NCBI GenBank assembly: GCA_001938485.1
Contig: MQRK01241256.1
Span: 1-54,497, forward strand
Reading direction: 5' to 3'
DNA: 54,497 nucleotides
Origin: Girardia tigrina
Taxonomy: Eukaryota
The position numbers were made by a program, and so were the translations under genes. This document shows, one piece after another, positions 35,408 through 49,850 of the stretch (position 1 is its first letter; each line of letters opens with the position of its first letter). A model generated the notes under the pieces. That model searched no databases. It was given only the letters and a program-made list of their open reading frames with translations, and was not told the DNA's origin.

Positions 35408-38400
35408 TCAACCCTGTTTTAGTTTCACACATGTCGGAGCTAAACGAAAATTCACTTCCTCAAATTCAAAAGGTGAATAAGAAAATTCATCCGTTAGTAA
35501 TACAGATACAAAATCTTCTTTTGCTCGCTGAGAAAACTCTCGCATCATGTTGACTCTGCTCTGAAGATAATTAACTTAGTAATAATGAAACAAGTTTTAC
35601 AACATAAATTTATGTAGTTTTTTCTTTTATACAGTGCTGGAAAAAAGCCTTTTGACAATGTATTTTTTTGCGATTTTTAGTGAAAATATATTACCAAAAA
35701 CAGTTTTTCAACCCAATTTTTTTAATACAACCTTATAAACGTATATTTTATCTATTTTAAGTAAAGAATTAATACCAGGATTTTTTAATTTCAATCAAAA
35801 GAGAGAAATCATTGAATGATACACTTTTATTTAAAAACGATAAAATATCAAGCTAAAAATTAATCAGGATAATATGGCATAAAATGAATAAAATAGTAAC
35901 AGGAATTGATAAAATGGGTTAAAGGATCATAGTTTAAGCCAATCGAGTTCAATATTTGGTTGCGTACCATCTGTTTCGGATAACAGCTTCGATAAGGCGT
36001 GGCATGCTCTCAGCAAGTTTCTGGCACTCCTCTGCCGTTGTCTCTAGGCACCATACCCGTTTGATTTCCTCTTTTAATTGACTTATAGATGTTATTTCGA
36101 TCTCACTGAGTTTCCTCTTCATGTTGGACCACAGATGTTCAATTGTATTCAGGTCTTGGCTGTTGGATGGTCAGTAAAGCAGCTCAATGTTGTTGTCCTG
36201 CAACCATTTCAGCGCCTTTTTTGAACAATGGCAAGGGGCATTGTCTTGCTGGAAAAATGTACAACCATGGACGCATATAAAATGAGTCAACTTCTCTTCT
36301 AAAATCTTGATATAACCATCAGTATTGAGTGTTTGGTTTGAATTGAGAAGTGTAAGCCCCCTCGGCCATTGTTGGAAAAACAGCCCCAAACCATGACAGA
36401 AGCTGGATGCTTGCTAGTCTTCTTTGCGTACCTTGGGTTCACCGGTGATAAGCCAACTGGTCTTCGAACTGTCTGATTGTGGCAATTGTTGATTTGGAAT
36501 GAGCTTTCATCACTTAACATGACCTTTTTCCACTGTTCAATCGTACAATTCTTGTATTTTTCACAAAATTGTAATCGCTTCTTTCTCATTGCACTTGTAA
36601 TGATTGGTTTTTTCATAGCTTTACGGGCTGGCATTTTGAATTCCTTGCACAGCCGATTTCTTATTGTACGTGTAGTAACATTGCTGCATTGCACTGCCAG
36701 ATTGCGCTTGATTTGGGAAGAAGTAATAAAGGGATTCTTCACTGCTTGCCTTCTTATTAGTGCATCAACTCGGGGCGTGGTTGATTTAGGCCTGCCTGAT
36801 CTTGATTTTTTGAAGTATTGCCTTCGGATTCATATCTTTTGATTATATTAGCAACAGATTGATGAGAAATTCCATACTGAGCTGCAATTTCTCTTGTTGA
36901 CAGACTTGTATTGCAGTGTAAGGCTATAATAGCACCTCGAATCTCTTGGTCAACTTGTTTTCCAGGCATAGCAAAAAAAATCGCGATTGGATTGGTCGAT
37001 GAGGGAAGAAAGAAGGATAATGCATCATATGCAATACAAGTGACGCGGCTTATTTTGCATGCACTGTACATATAAGAGCATATTCACATGTGTATACATG
37101 GCCCTGCATACATATTATTATGTAAGCATTATGTATGCTCACATAATATCCTTAAATAGTCTCACTCTATTAATGCTTTACTTAAAATAGAAATAATATA
37201 CGTTTATAAGGTTGCATTAAAAAATTGAGTTGAAAAACTGTTTTTGGTAATATACTTTCACTAAAAATCACAAAAAAGTGTACTGTCAAAAGACTTTTTT
37301 CCAGCATTGTATTTTCAACAATTATTCATTTAACATTGTTAGTTGCATTTTCGTTGATGTTTGATTCAAGATTAGAAATGAAAATTTCACACAAAAATTT
37401 ATTAATGAAAATTACAGACAAAGTTAAACAAATTTCTCGTTAATTCACTTTAATCATTTCACCAAAATCCATTTATTAAATTCTATTTAAAATCAAATTT
37501 TTAATTTTGTATAAATTTATTAAACTTACACTATTAAAACGTATCTCTGAAATTTACTACGTTTGTTATTAGGTGTACAAATATGAAAGTTCGTTTCACT
37601 TTGTCTAATTTAATTCCATTAATATTCCTTTTTTCTATAGCATTTGTTTGTATCTATTATTAATATAATGTAGAGCGATTTAGGCGCTATGAAATACTTT
37701 TTGAATTTTTAAAAAAAATAGCATATAAAATTTTATTGTAATTTTACAGATGACCACCGAAGCTCCAACAAAAGAGCATTTGCGGGAAGTTCTTTTATTC
37801 ATGTTTAACTCGAAGAAAAGTGCCATCGATTCTCAAAAAATGATTGCTGAAGTATGTGGCGAAGATACAATCACTGCCAGAGCTCGTCAGAAATGGTTTA
37901 AGAGGTTCAGAGAAGGCGATTTGGATCTCAGCAATAAAGACCGCGGTAGACCAAAGCAGTTTGAAGACAATGAACGACAGCATTACTTGATGAAGATGAT
38001 GCCCAAATGCAACAGCAATTACCTGACGTGTTAGGTGTGATGCAGCAAACAATTTCGAATCGCTTGCATGATATGGGCAAGATTCAGAAAGAAGGAAGAT
38101 GAATACCGCATGAATTGACTGAACGCCAGCAAGAAAATCGAAGAACAACGTGCGAACTTTTGCTTGATTGGCAGCAACGCAAGTCATTCATATATCAAAT
38201 TATCACTGGTGATGTAAAGTACATTTATTTCGATAATCCAAAACGAAAGAGATCATGGACTGACCCAAGAAAGGCGCCAAAGATGACTCCCAATCCTAAC
38301 ATTCATGGAAAGAAGGTCCTGCTCTGCATATGTTGAGATCAGAAGGGTATTTTGCATTATGACCTTCTGAAACCTGACGAAAATGCTACAGCGGCTCGTT

Positions 38401-41400
38401 ATGGAGAACAATTAATCAATCTGAACAATCGAAAATTAAAACAAATACCTTAAACGACTGTCGGTGGAAATGACGAGGCTCTCATTGTGTGACTGGTTAA
38501 ATTCTCTTTTAAATTATTATTTTGAGTGTTATCAATTTCTGCTTTGTTTTAATCATGATGAGATAGATATTGTGATTATTTGAACCCACAAACAAAATTC
38601 TCCAGTGCCGAGAGACTGATCCTATTGATACCGTGAAAATCATAAACTCTACCTTTGCTGCAATATTGAACCTCAGATCAACAGAAAATTTTCAAATGAT
38701 TCTACAATAATCTCGGTCGCTGTTGTCAGAAAATGAAGAGCAATTCAGTGTTTAAGCAAAGCGTCAACGAACTGAAACGAAAAGTTTAAGAAAAATCATC
38801 ATCACCCAATCAACAGGGCAGTCAAGTGGAAACACCAGGGAATCATTGCAAGCAGCATATTATGAGACGATATGCATTGTTTGCAGTGAAATTAAACGAT
38901 AATTTCATGATAATAATAAACTACTGACGGCGATATCATCAATAAATGACCTGGACATCATCAAATTAAAACCTTTCATTTCCCTTGGAATAATCACCCG
39001 CTTAAAGATAGAGCTTGTAATGGTTAAGAGCTATTTGGAAAAAAAACACTCATTTGGATGTTTTCCAGGTGCAATTGCGTTTTAAATGTTTCCATTGGTA
39101 TTTTCTGAGACAATGTGTCTCTTTTGTTTTATATTTATCCTGTCAGGTAATATATGAACAGCGAGTTGCGTTTGAAGAAGCATACAAAATGCTAGCCAGC
39201 GTAGCAGCTGTTGGATGCAGCACGGCTATGTGCAAACCGACTTTCTCCATGTAAACTCCCGTCAACAAGCCTCAAAGACTGTCGATGATACACGCTCACC
39301 AGTTCGATTTAGTACATATAGCTTTTGAATCAAATCAAGTGGAATGTATCCATATGGAAAAAGTCCTCCAAATATTTAAACTCAAAAACCGGAAATTAAA
39401 ATTATACTGATTATAATTTGTGTTATGTTTTCATTAAGAATGAATAAATCAAATTGTAAATTTCATTTCTTAATCAGTATTGTGTTCGAAGACTTTTTTA
39501 AAAAGAGTAACGTTTTAATAAATGATGATGAAATGTGCCCCTCTAAAATACTGATAGCCCCCTCTATTCATTACTCCTAGCTACCCCTTTGACTCCCCAT
39601 AAACGTAAAACTTAAAATATTTAAAAAACGGGGCCTACCGAAGGCAACAAATTCTCAAGCAATAATTTCTCTAAGTGTCACTGACTTTTGTAGTTTTTAC
39701 GAAAATATGTTTTGATGTCACAAGAAGACTAGATGTGTTAATTTTTCCATTGGCATATTATTACTTCCTGACCATTGTACATACAACATTGGACAATTTT
39801 TTCATGTGACAAAAAAGTTAAAATTTTGTTAAGCAGTGTAATTTATGACTAATCTGAAATAATATAATTTTAATCCTTTATAATTCTTAAACGAAACAAG
39901 ACTTATGACTTTCATTCACTTATCTTAATTCTGCCACAAAGTTTATAATTTAAGTCATTGAAAATTGTTATAAAATTAAATTATTACTTGTTCTAAATTT
40001 TGACGTGCCAAATTAACGGGAGGCAAATTAGATAACTTCATTAATGGATATACATAGTCCATGTAAACCTTTTCGAAAAATTCATTCATTTTTCCATAGT
40101 CCTTCTAATAATTTTTAATAATAAAAATAATGAGAACCTCAATAAAGATACCTTATTAACTGACTTCGTAACTTTTAATCTTTCATTCCAGATAGTCTAA
40201 ATAACTTACGATTAAAAGGTAATATAAATTATATGATAAATGATGACAAATATAAAAAAATACGATTACCATATGATTAAAAACAATATATATGTTATGT
40301 CGAATTCGCGTAATTGTTGAATTCACGAACTAGGCAAAAGTTTCGTCTGATTCATAATTATTATTTTATAATGTACTTTGAAATTATATATTTAAATAAA
40401 TAAATAAATAGTCTTAACAATTGTATTTCAATATAACATTTTTGATGTTCTTATTATTAAAATTTTAAATTTAATGGAAAAAAGTAAATGATCTGTATTT
40501 AATAACAAAAACAGCTAGAGCAGTAAAATAACCACTGTCTTTAAAGTTGGTGCTCGCAATCAACTCAATGTGACACGATAAAACAACAGTTCATAATTCC
40601 AGTTTATTCATCGTCATCACATGATCCAATAATGAAAAAAAATTAAAATATTAAAAAGACTAAAATTGTAAAAATTTATTCATAGTTATCACAACCTCTT
40701 ACTAAAATTATCAATTTGTCAATAATCACTTTTTGGACATTCTATTTAAATAGATCAGTATTCTTTACAATTGTCATTGAATAAAAGAATTTTTTAAATA
40801 AATATTTTTAATATCAGTAATTTACTCTTAGTATTAGTAAAATTTGTTTATATTCTATGTATCACTTAATTTTATAATTGCTAAAATAACGAAAAATGAA
40901 GGTTTGTTTATATGTGAACAAGATGCAAATTCCTCAATGGCCATAATTGATATATGTATTGTACCATGTGAAAGGTGTACGCAGAAAACAAAAAAGTATT
41001 ACAAACTGGAATAGTTATCTGTCATACTGTAGCAACTAATTTAAATGAAAGAGGACAGATAGATTTAGTTGACTTAAAACATCTACATGATAGAGATTAC
41101 TGATTTATATTGTATCATAAATAATATATGACAAAATATAGTTTTTTACGACAGTTAACCTCATAAAAGCTAAGGAATCTAGGGTTTTGCATCGTTCAAT
41201 GGGTTATGAGTACAACATACGACGAAGCTATCAATATTGACCCTTGACCTTCTATCTTTGATCAGAAAGTTAAAATGAATTTATCGTCTAAATTGTCACT
41301 TGATTTTAATTGAAAATATTAATTGGTATTTCAGAAGAAGATTTTGGAGACTTAATAATTACTGAAAATAAAATATACCAGATATTGTACAGCATGTTAT

Positions 41401-44400
41401 TGAAAAAGGTGACTACATTGAAGATTTAACTAATCGTGATGACACTAGGAAAAATTGCGACAATAATTTTTAAACACTGAGAGGAGCAAGCGAAAATGAT
41501 TGATTTGACTCGAGAAATCGACAAACCTGCAAAAGTTGAAAATAATTTTTACCCAGCAAAGGAATTTAGAAAATTAGCGAGAACAAATTTATTACATCAG
41601 TATCTACAATGATTGTACAATTAAATCGGACGTTATGTTTTTTTAATTACAAGACAAAGTTCTCATTAAAGTTAGTTCATTCAATAGAGGTAAAGGTAAT
41701 TTTGCAAATTTAATAGTGGTAGAGGAAAGAAAAGAAAAATACAAAAGCGGTACCACTCATTGCATTGATTACGAAAAACTTGTGTCAACCCACAAATTTT
41801 AATAAACTGAACGTAACAGATTTTTCTGATAAAGATATGTCAATAAGAGAATTAGTAAGACTAGGTTCAATTGATATTGTACGGTTACCAGAAGTGTTTA
41901 TGTTTAAAAGGATGTACAAATAACAAGTGCGAATGTTATAAAAATACATATGTTTGTAATTCATCTTGCAATCCGATGAGATTTTGAAATATTTATGAAT
42001 AAATTTGTTACAATTTTATCTTTTTAATATTTTATTTATATTTAATTATTGGGTTATTTGCTTTATTTCATTAGATTTTAAATTTTAGTAATAAAAACAT
42101 GAAAAATGTTTTATTCAATGACAATCATAAAGAATAGTTATCATTTTAAATGTAGTTTCCATAAAGTGCTTATTAACAAATTTCAAACTTTTATTAAAAA
42201 TCTACATACACTTTTTCATATTATTTTTATATAAAACAATAATAATTTCAAATTATTTCAAAGATGTAATTAAAAAGTATACTATAAAATAATAATTTCA
42301 CGAATCAGCCAAATTTTTTGCACAGTTTGTAAGTTTGGCAATTACGCGAATTTGGTATAGAATTTATACAACAAAAAATATCCAAATGTTTAATTGCTGT
42401 AATGGAAAGAATTCATATTTAGGTAATGTCCAAAAGAACATTTTATTCTTGAATATCATTAATTAGTCATAATAAGAATATATTGTTTTACTTATTTGTA
42501 CAATGAAACATACACAATAAATAAAGTACAACTTTACCATTGAATGGCCTCTTTAGAATGAACATTACCCAAATTTAAAGATATTTAATACCGAAATATT
42601 GAGTTTTGCAATGTAATTTTGAGTTTCAATTGAGCACGCACCGTATATAAAACAAAAGAACGCACTTAGTTCAGGATTAAAACGATACTAGACTATCTCC
42701 CCAATTTTTGTTTTCTTTAGAACATAGGTGTTGTGATTAAATATTACATATTGGTAACATATTTGTTTAAATAAAACAAATATTGAAGATAGATTGTTTG
42801 AGATTCAAATATATTATAAATTATCTTTATTAATATTTATACCAAGATGGATCCTTCCTTTCTCTCTCTTCTCTTATCTGAATGACAATCTGTGATAATT
42901 TTTGTTCGCTTCGATTATATACATAATTTGATATTTATATAAATAAAAATAACATAAAAAAATAATTCGAATTCAAATTTTACTGAATTCAATTCAGTTT
43001 TGAAATTATTCTTTTTTTGTTCGGATTCGAGTCATGTGACTCATTTTTATTAAATTATTGTTTTGGTCAACAAATTTGCTATCTCCGTTCATATGGTGTG
43101 TCTTTTTCTCTCTCGACCGGCTGTGTGCGCCAGAGTGTTGCAGTGGAGTTGAAATGCAACGGCTCGCTCTGATTGGTCGTTGAAATTCCAATCAGATCGA
43201 GCAGAGAGAAAAGATTGAAATTAAGTGATTAAAATCACTGTTTCTTTCTTGCGAGCTTTTGAATATTGATTGAAACCGAGTTGCTTTCTCGTGTAAATTT
43301 TTTGAAAGACGATATATTGAAACGAATTTTTTGAAAGTGTGAATTTTGAATGACGATATATTTTTGATAGTCGAAATTATTTTTGAAAGTTAAAGTTTTT
43401 ATTTATTTTGAAATCGTGTGAATTTTCAATAAAGCTGAGTGGTTAATTTGAATTTGTTTTTTTTTGATTTTCAAAAAAAAGATGAACTCGATGAAATTAA
43501 AAAATGAAAAATGGACCCAGCAACGATAGTGAAAACATTCCACTATGCAATGACGCTTCCTCCGTCCGATTCTCGGGCAACCTGAGGGTTGGGTTGAACA
43601 TATATCTCTTTTAAACGTCTTATTATTGATTTGTAATAATTGTAAATTCTGTTCAAATTTCTTAACTGAAAGGTTTTTACAATTTACTTAATCTATTATT
43701 AATGATAAAATATAATAAAGTAGTACAATGAATTTTTATCACAGAATTTTCGACAAATAGCACCATTTACTTATCCCTTTAACAACATCAACTTAAGTTT
43801 AAAAATACTAAATAACTTGATATGAAATAAGGAAAAATTCACATATTTTAAAAGTAATTTTAAACGCATTTTGATTGACTAACTGATTATTAAATAATAA
43901 AAATTTAATAATTACTCGTAGCATGTCTAAAACATCAGTATAACGAGAAGCTTCTGTAAAAGAAACCAAAAAAGGAGAATAAATTGGTTTTGTTGATGTT
44001 AAATCATTCCTGTGATCTAAAATTTTCTCCGCTAGAATCCGCCGATAAAATGACAGAATAGTTAGATTCAAGCTGCTGCCAATTATCATACTGGGTAAGG
44101 TTCTGAATAAAAAAATCAAAACTTTAATTAAAAAATTAACTGCTGAACAGATTTTTAAGTACAGTACAATACAATATGTTTCCAGAATTAGGATGTCAAA
44201 CAGATGAACAATATTTATCAAATTTGTAGCTCAAACAAATAATTTAAAAATTTTAGACTGACATAATACTTGTAACGTAAATGTAATATGTGATAGGTAC
44301 GATGTCACATTGTCCTCTCTGTGAACAAATTCAAGACCATGGTCAAAAAGTGGGCAATTTATTTATCTAAACATAGGAAATTCAAATGCGATATTAAAAT

Positions 44401-46276
44401 TGATAATTTCAAGCCTTCTTATAGTTATTGGACGAAAGAGTCATGCGAAACATATTTAATTAGATTACGCTTCCTTAAAATCAATTTTCAAATGGCAGTC
44501 TCAAACGGGGCTTTTTGAGAATTTTTTATCATCACGACTCAGTTCAATCGATTACATGATTATTGATTCCTATTTCTATACAGGAACATCACGATGTAGG
44601 TTGATCTGTCGATATATATTGTCTTAAAAAAAATATATTTTAGAATAAATGTACTTTATTTTTAAACAAATAAAATGATAAAATTTATGTTTTATTAAAA
44701 ATATAATTTATTGAAACTTTCACTCCTTTTGAAGAATGAATTGTTAGTGACATTTTATTTAAAACTAAGAAAAACATTTATGTTGAGCTAATGCATTTAG
44801 AATTTAAACAATAAATAAATTGCGTGGTGACCTCCAAACGTCCGTAAACTACCTCACCAAACAGCGAGCAATAAAATCAAAAATCCATGTATTTCTTAGG
44901 TATTTCATAAAAATTATAGGAACAAGGTACTTTTTATGTAGTCTTTATAATAAACACACACATTCCATCATCTGACTAGATGGAAGAAGGCACTTTTTTA
45001 CAAGTCAGTGGGCTTTTCGCTAAGGAATGAGGTCCCGCTTGCATCACGTCCTCTTTGTGTACAAGCCGTTTCCCTTTTATCTAAAAGGGAATAGCTTCTT
45101 AATAATTTCTTACGCTATTTGAAGTTCTGGTTGGAAGGCAGAAAATTGATCTAAATAGATTGAATCAGAATGATTGAATGAATTTATATTTCATTTAGTT
45201 ACTTAAGTTCTTAGAGACATTTGGGATCAATTGTAATTATTTTACTGAGAAGATAACTGGGAATTTGATAATTATTTCTGGAACTCTCGGTAGATGAAAT
45301 ATAAATGTATGGCCACATTCTCCAAATGACCGATCACGTGTCACAAAAGAACGGTCGATTTGTTCAAAATTCGTAACATCATTTTTATTACTATCGAAAG
45401 CCGATTGAAAAGGCAATACTTTTCTATTTATAAATATCGATAGATCGTTCGAATCAATGTGGAATATTTCAATATGTGTGATCATTCGTGCCCCATCTTC
45501 CTTGAAGTCAAGCTTTTCGTTCCTCCATTCGCTCGATCTTTCCCCCTAGGGTCGATCAAACTTTCTAAGCATCACAAAACATGTACTCTCTAGAGATAAT
45601 TGTTTAAATAGGAAAGTTGATATAAATAATTTTCAAATTTCGTGGTAGCGATGTAATAATTACTGGAAGAAGGTGATCCGTGTGAAGATAATAAAACTGA
45701 CACTAAAATCAATGTAGAAACTCGATTTTCTTCAACTTGATTGAAAGTATTTTTATAATTTAGTTATTAGATAATGATTGCTTAAATATATCTTTGGTAT
45801 ATAAAAGACACTAAATAATTGTAAGTTTGTCTGGGGATAATGGCTAATCTGTCAAAATCGGTTACAATAAATTTCTATGAATGCTTTTATGTTTTAAAAT
45901 AATCTACCATTATTATTTAAATATTTTTATAAAAAAAGATTTGGTCTAAACAAACTAAAAGATCCATAAAAGCTAATAAATCGAATTAAGTTTGCAAATT
46001 CAAAATTTGAGATAAAAAGATATGAAGTTTTAAAGAGTTCGAAAAAAAGCAAATTCAATAAAAAAGATATTTAAATTGTAATTACGAAAATAATTTAATA
46101 ATAAAATAATAATAAAGAAATAAAATAATTAGAAAACCCATACTCTAATAAATCTTTATTTTCTTTACTTGGAATATATATTCTAATTGAAGCAAGTGGT
46201 TGCTTATTTTGACTTCCAAAAAAATTTGATTTACTTCCTCCATCTAAAATAGGAGTTAAAGAGGTTAAATATTCCA
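35408..46276 (-). CDS. nphp1: Nephrocystin-1, 3' five exons: 46276-46144, 44102-43916, 40196-40152, 40104-39988, 35560-35408 (upstream exons not found in window)
   Basis: Phase-compatible GT-AG splicing gives ...LPSMIIG...FYRRILAEKILDHR...SPFLVSF...DVLDMLRTIWNER...KDYGKMNEFFEKVYMDYVYPLMKLSNLPP...LLTDEFSYSPFEFEEVNF, collinear with the NPHP1 C-terminus as I recall it (LPETLIG...FYRQIL...DVMDALRSSW...VYHDCVLPLL...LPP...EPFDLSE). Confidence 0.88.
35632..37309 (-). mobile_element. Tc1-like DD34E transposon, full length but defective
   Basis: TA|CAGTGCTGG ~140-bp TIRs; LSDESSF, VMVWGCFS, FQQDNAPCH...SQDLNTIEHLW; frameshifts and a stop. Confidence 0.95.
37569..38450 (+). mobile_element. mariner, mauritiana-like, 3'-truncated
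   Basis: TA|TTAGGTGTACAAA TIR; TKEHLREVLLFMF, IPHEL, IITGDVKY, HGKKVLLC. Confidence 0.9.
38470..39591 (+). mobile_element. hAT transposase C-terminal remnant and right end
   Basis: AYKMLASVAAVGCSTAMCKPTFS...RLSM...LVHIAFE resembles the hAT dimerisation domain; terminus reverse complement CAAAGGGGTAGCTAGG. Confidence 0.65.
40293..42362 (+). mobile_element. Ginger2/TDD-type (KRBA2-like integrase) DNA transposon, degraded
   Basis: Long imperfect TIRs (TGTTATGTCGAATTCGCGTAATTG...); LNERGQIDLVDL...TKYSFLRQLTS; C-terminal GYQKCLCLKGCTNNKCECYKNTYVCNSSC. Confidence 0.8.
42891..43681 (+). mobile_element. Possible solo LTR
   Basis: TGT...ACA ends and a promoter-like CCAAT palindrome; no matching TSD. 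Confidence 0.3.
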
Positions 46277-46550
46277 CTTATAAAAAATTATACTACTAGT
46301 AAATATCATAAATCACGGAATACACTTCAGATATTAAATAATTAAATAAAATAAATAAAAATAATTAATAAATAAATAATTAATAATTAATAATTAATAT
46401 TAAATAATTAATAAATAATTCAAAATAGGATTTTATTATGCTGTTAATGGTGTTTAATGCTGTAAAGATCAAAAAGAAGCTGTCGCAATTAGTCTGTTTC
46501 TCTTTTATTTCAGAGCTGAGCTAATGAGATAATTCTTTTTTCTTTAATCG

Positions 46551-48440
46551 TTAAAGCGTAATCGTTGATTCGTACTCTGAATCAAAGCCGTTACCGTTGG
46601 GGACATCCATGTTCACTCTCTCCAGAGCAACTAGTATATTCATAAGTGGAACCCTTTTGTCTGTGAACGCTGGGTTTGTCGGCTTCACAAAAAGGGTATT
46701 TCCCACTAGTAACTCTCCAGTATATTGCATATTGCTACTCCTCGGTATCTGCTTCGCGGAATCGACCAGGAGAGGCAACTGGAGCAGCTGGGCAAACACC
46801 GTCGATTCAGGGACTACCCAACTCAAGTTGGGGTTGGCTTGTACCAAGCCACCATTTTTTTGATCGGTTTACGAATTCTTGCTGCCATGCCATTGATGTT
46901 CCAGTGACAGCGCTCAACGACTTCATTCCCATTGGCCCAATTGATGCATTTAAATCGCATCTTGACGCGATGTCAGCCAGCAAACTCCAAATAACCGCTC
47001 CATGATGTGTAGTGAAGTTATCAAGTTGTAACTCCTGTGGTGAACTGAACTCGTTGAATATCTACTTTAGTGCAATGCATAGGTCTATATCACCTTCTGA
47101 GACAATTTTCCTCTACACTGTGAAGCGTCCAGATCCCAAATCAATCAATATCATAAAATTTCCATCCATTGTATGCGTCATATGGATAGCGAACCTCTGC
47201 CAGCTTTTCTTCTTACTAAGCTTATCTTCTTCCCATTTCAATGATGATGAGTAAATCGACGCACAACAAGGGCAGATCTTTACTACCGCTTGAACTTGTT
47301 TCTCTGTCATTCTTGCCGAACCCGATAATCTTCTAACTCCTTTTTAAAATGTTTAATGCCTTGTGGCGTTCCTAGGTTATCGAGTGATTCCAGCTACGAG
47401 TCAACCGCTATTCCTCCTACCTCAACGTTTCCTTCACCATGTCAACCAATCACTGGAAAGTTGAGTGAGGCCACCTGCTTTCCTCTCGCCGAATCGACAA
47501 GTCAAAAGTTTGCTTGCATCCCCTATTCCTCAATGGTTGATATGTTATTTAATCAGTAGTTCACTCATGCCATGGAATTAAACTGACTTTTTATCTTTTA
47601 TCGCGTTAGATAGCCATCAGAAAATGGTATCAGAGTCAGTCATAAACTCAAACTTGCTTAGACCCCATGAAACAACCACCTTAATCACATCGTTTGCAGC
47701 CTTGAGCTTGGTCAGGTTGATGTGAGAAGCATAATCTTCCTTCCGGAACCCAAAAGCCTCCTCAATCACTACTTCCTATATCTCTACAGAGATGTGAATT
47801 GCAATCGAACTTGCGTCGCACCACATTCCACCGAGATTGTAATCGAGAACTTCCCATTTGAAATTCTCTAACTTCGCAATTCGCTAACTTCTCCGAAACA
47901 TCGACTACTCCCAGTTTTACTGTTTAGTCCAGTCCGCTGCAGCACGCAAACCTCTTCAAAAAGCTGCATGCTGGTCACAACCACTTACTTACTGGAAAAT
48001 GACCCACCAACTGACCAACTCACAAGAATAATTTCTATCGCATCGAGACGACATTTCAGTATCTTGCCGTGCCTATACCTGAATAGTTTACCATCTCTCT
48101 CGCGCACAGCATATCTAAGTACTCTTCCCCAATTTATCTTCCTCAGTAGTTTTGTTTCGAGCCCGAAACTATTGTATACGGCTACCACATGTTCCACAGA
48201 TATTTTGTCTACTATAAACAAAACTCTTTGCAGTATGACTAGACAAGTGTTCACTTAGGGCTCGATAGTTTAGTATCGATCTCTTGGTCGTTGGTTGACA
48301 TCAAAAAAGATGAGCAACATGTCGCTCTTCCACTCCATTCATTCTTAGCTCTCTTCATCTTCATACTGTTTGGCTGACGAGTATACGGTAGCCCCACGGA
48401 GTGTCTCCAGTGGCGCCCATGGTACTTCCACTTCCATGTT
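46551..48440 (-). mobile_element. Degenerate Ty3/gypsy gag-pol remnant (RNase H then integrase)
   Basis: WCDASS...HINL...MTDS (RNase H), CPCCASI, GRFTV, YRPNGNEVVERCH...MAAR (integrase). Confidence 0.75.
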
Positions 48441-48539
48441 GCTGTTCAAAAACCTTTTTAAGAAATGAATTAACTTTTTTTAATAATATTAAATAATATA
48501 ACGTACTGACTTTCTAAAAAAAGCTTATTAATTTCAAAT

Positions 48540-49850
48540 ATATATTTTCAATGACAATTTTTTTTCACTTTGAAATCAAAGCATTATCTAAATGCAGTAG
48601 CATGTATTTACATAATTTCATCAACGCTCAAATTCTGATTTTCTTCTTCAGCCCCTGTTTCGGAACCTTGATCACACTATCTGACATATTTGATTGGGAT
48701 TTCACTAATTCCAATGCCATGTCCAGTTTTTTTATCTTTCGATTCTCTGATGATATCAAGCCTTCGTCACACTAAACTGTAAGATAGAATGTGAGTTCTG
48801 GGGTGATATACGTTCTTGAATACTGGCATGAGCCATCCATATAATTTGACTAAGTCCTTTATCAGCTTAAAATTATGAAAATCCCAGATTATCAACAAAT
48901 TTATACCCCTAATAGCCGCATTCAATGAGCTCATACTAATGTGGTTTAAATAGTCCAAGTAGCATACTCAACAATAACACCACTAACAAATAGAAGCATA
49001 CCGACTGATAAACTGCGTGGATCTATCCAAATAACCACATTTTCATTACAATTCACAATTTCTTTTTCTTTTGCAAGATTTCCATCAATCCTCAACCCCT
49101 GACAGATATAATTGATCTTTCCTATTATATCTTACGGCACTGCTTCATCCAAGTCTATCTTAAACTTTTATCAATATATCCGACGCAGAAATCAATTACT
49201 CATCAGTGAGTATAGTTTTGACTTTCTTAGACATGAATTTTGGTGCAATTTACAAATATACTTGTCATCAAAAACATTTCGGTATTATACATAACTGACT
49301 GATGCTTCCATAGATCTTGGAATATTTTCACTCGCAAATATGCCTTCTTTAAACCTATCACAGTGCATTTAGGACCTAATTTTCTCTATAAACGCAGTAT
49401 CGACTAATAACTAATCTACGAATTTGTTTGTTCAGTAGCATGTAGTTCAATACCGGTCGTGCTCGTGTCATTTTGCCTTTTATTTGCTGCAACCCATCAA
49501 GAATATCATATTATGAATTTTCCCGTCTCAATTTTCATTCCATTTTATCAAGACCCCTTCTTTTATCAATTCACTTACCTTTTCTCGAAAGAGCGGTTTA
49601 TCTTCGGTGGGAATTTCCTAATTAACACATGACACTCTCCCAACCGGATGATTATTGACAAACTTCCACCTTGTACTCCAATAAATTCTATGAAACTTAA
49701 CCTCCAAAAATTATATTTGATTTCTAACTTTTTCCACATTTCAAGTTTAGTACCTGCAGTGAAAACTTTGGTCTTTCACCATTACTACCAAATTTTAAAC
49801 ATATGTCATCACTATCTACCATCACAAAATCGAACATTCGTTCAGCTTTA
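48540..49850 (-). mobile_element. Highly degraded LTR-retrotransposon RT region
   Basis: Fragmentary FDD motif and pol-like composition on minus strand; many stops. Confidence 0.4.

Noticed and set aside
45237-45560. ORF 45237..45485 as an additional nphp1 exon or a transposase
   Set aside because: The flanking nphp1 exons already join in phase and collinearly; no motif could be assigned with confidence.
48410-48422. TGGCGCCC as a primer-binding site
   Set aside because: It is on the opposite strand to the adjacent pol and is not preceded by an identifiable LTR end.
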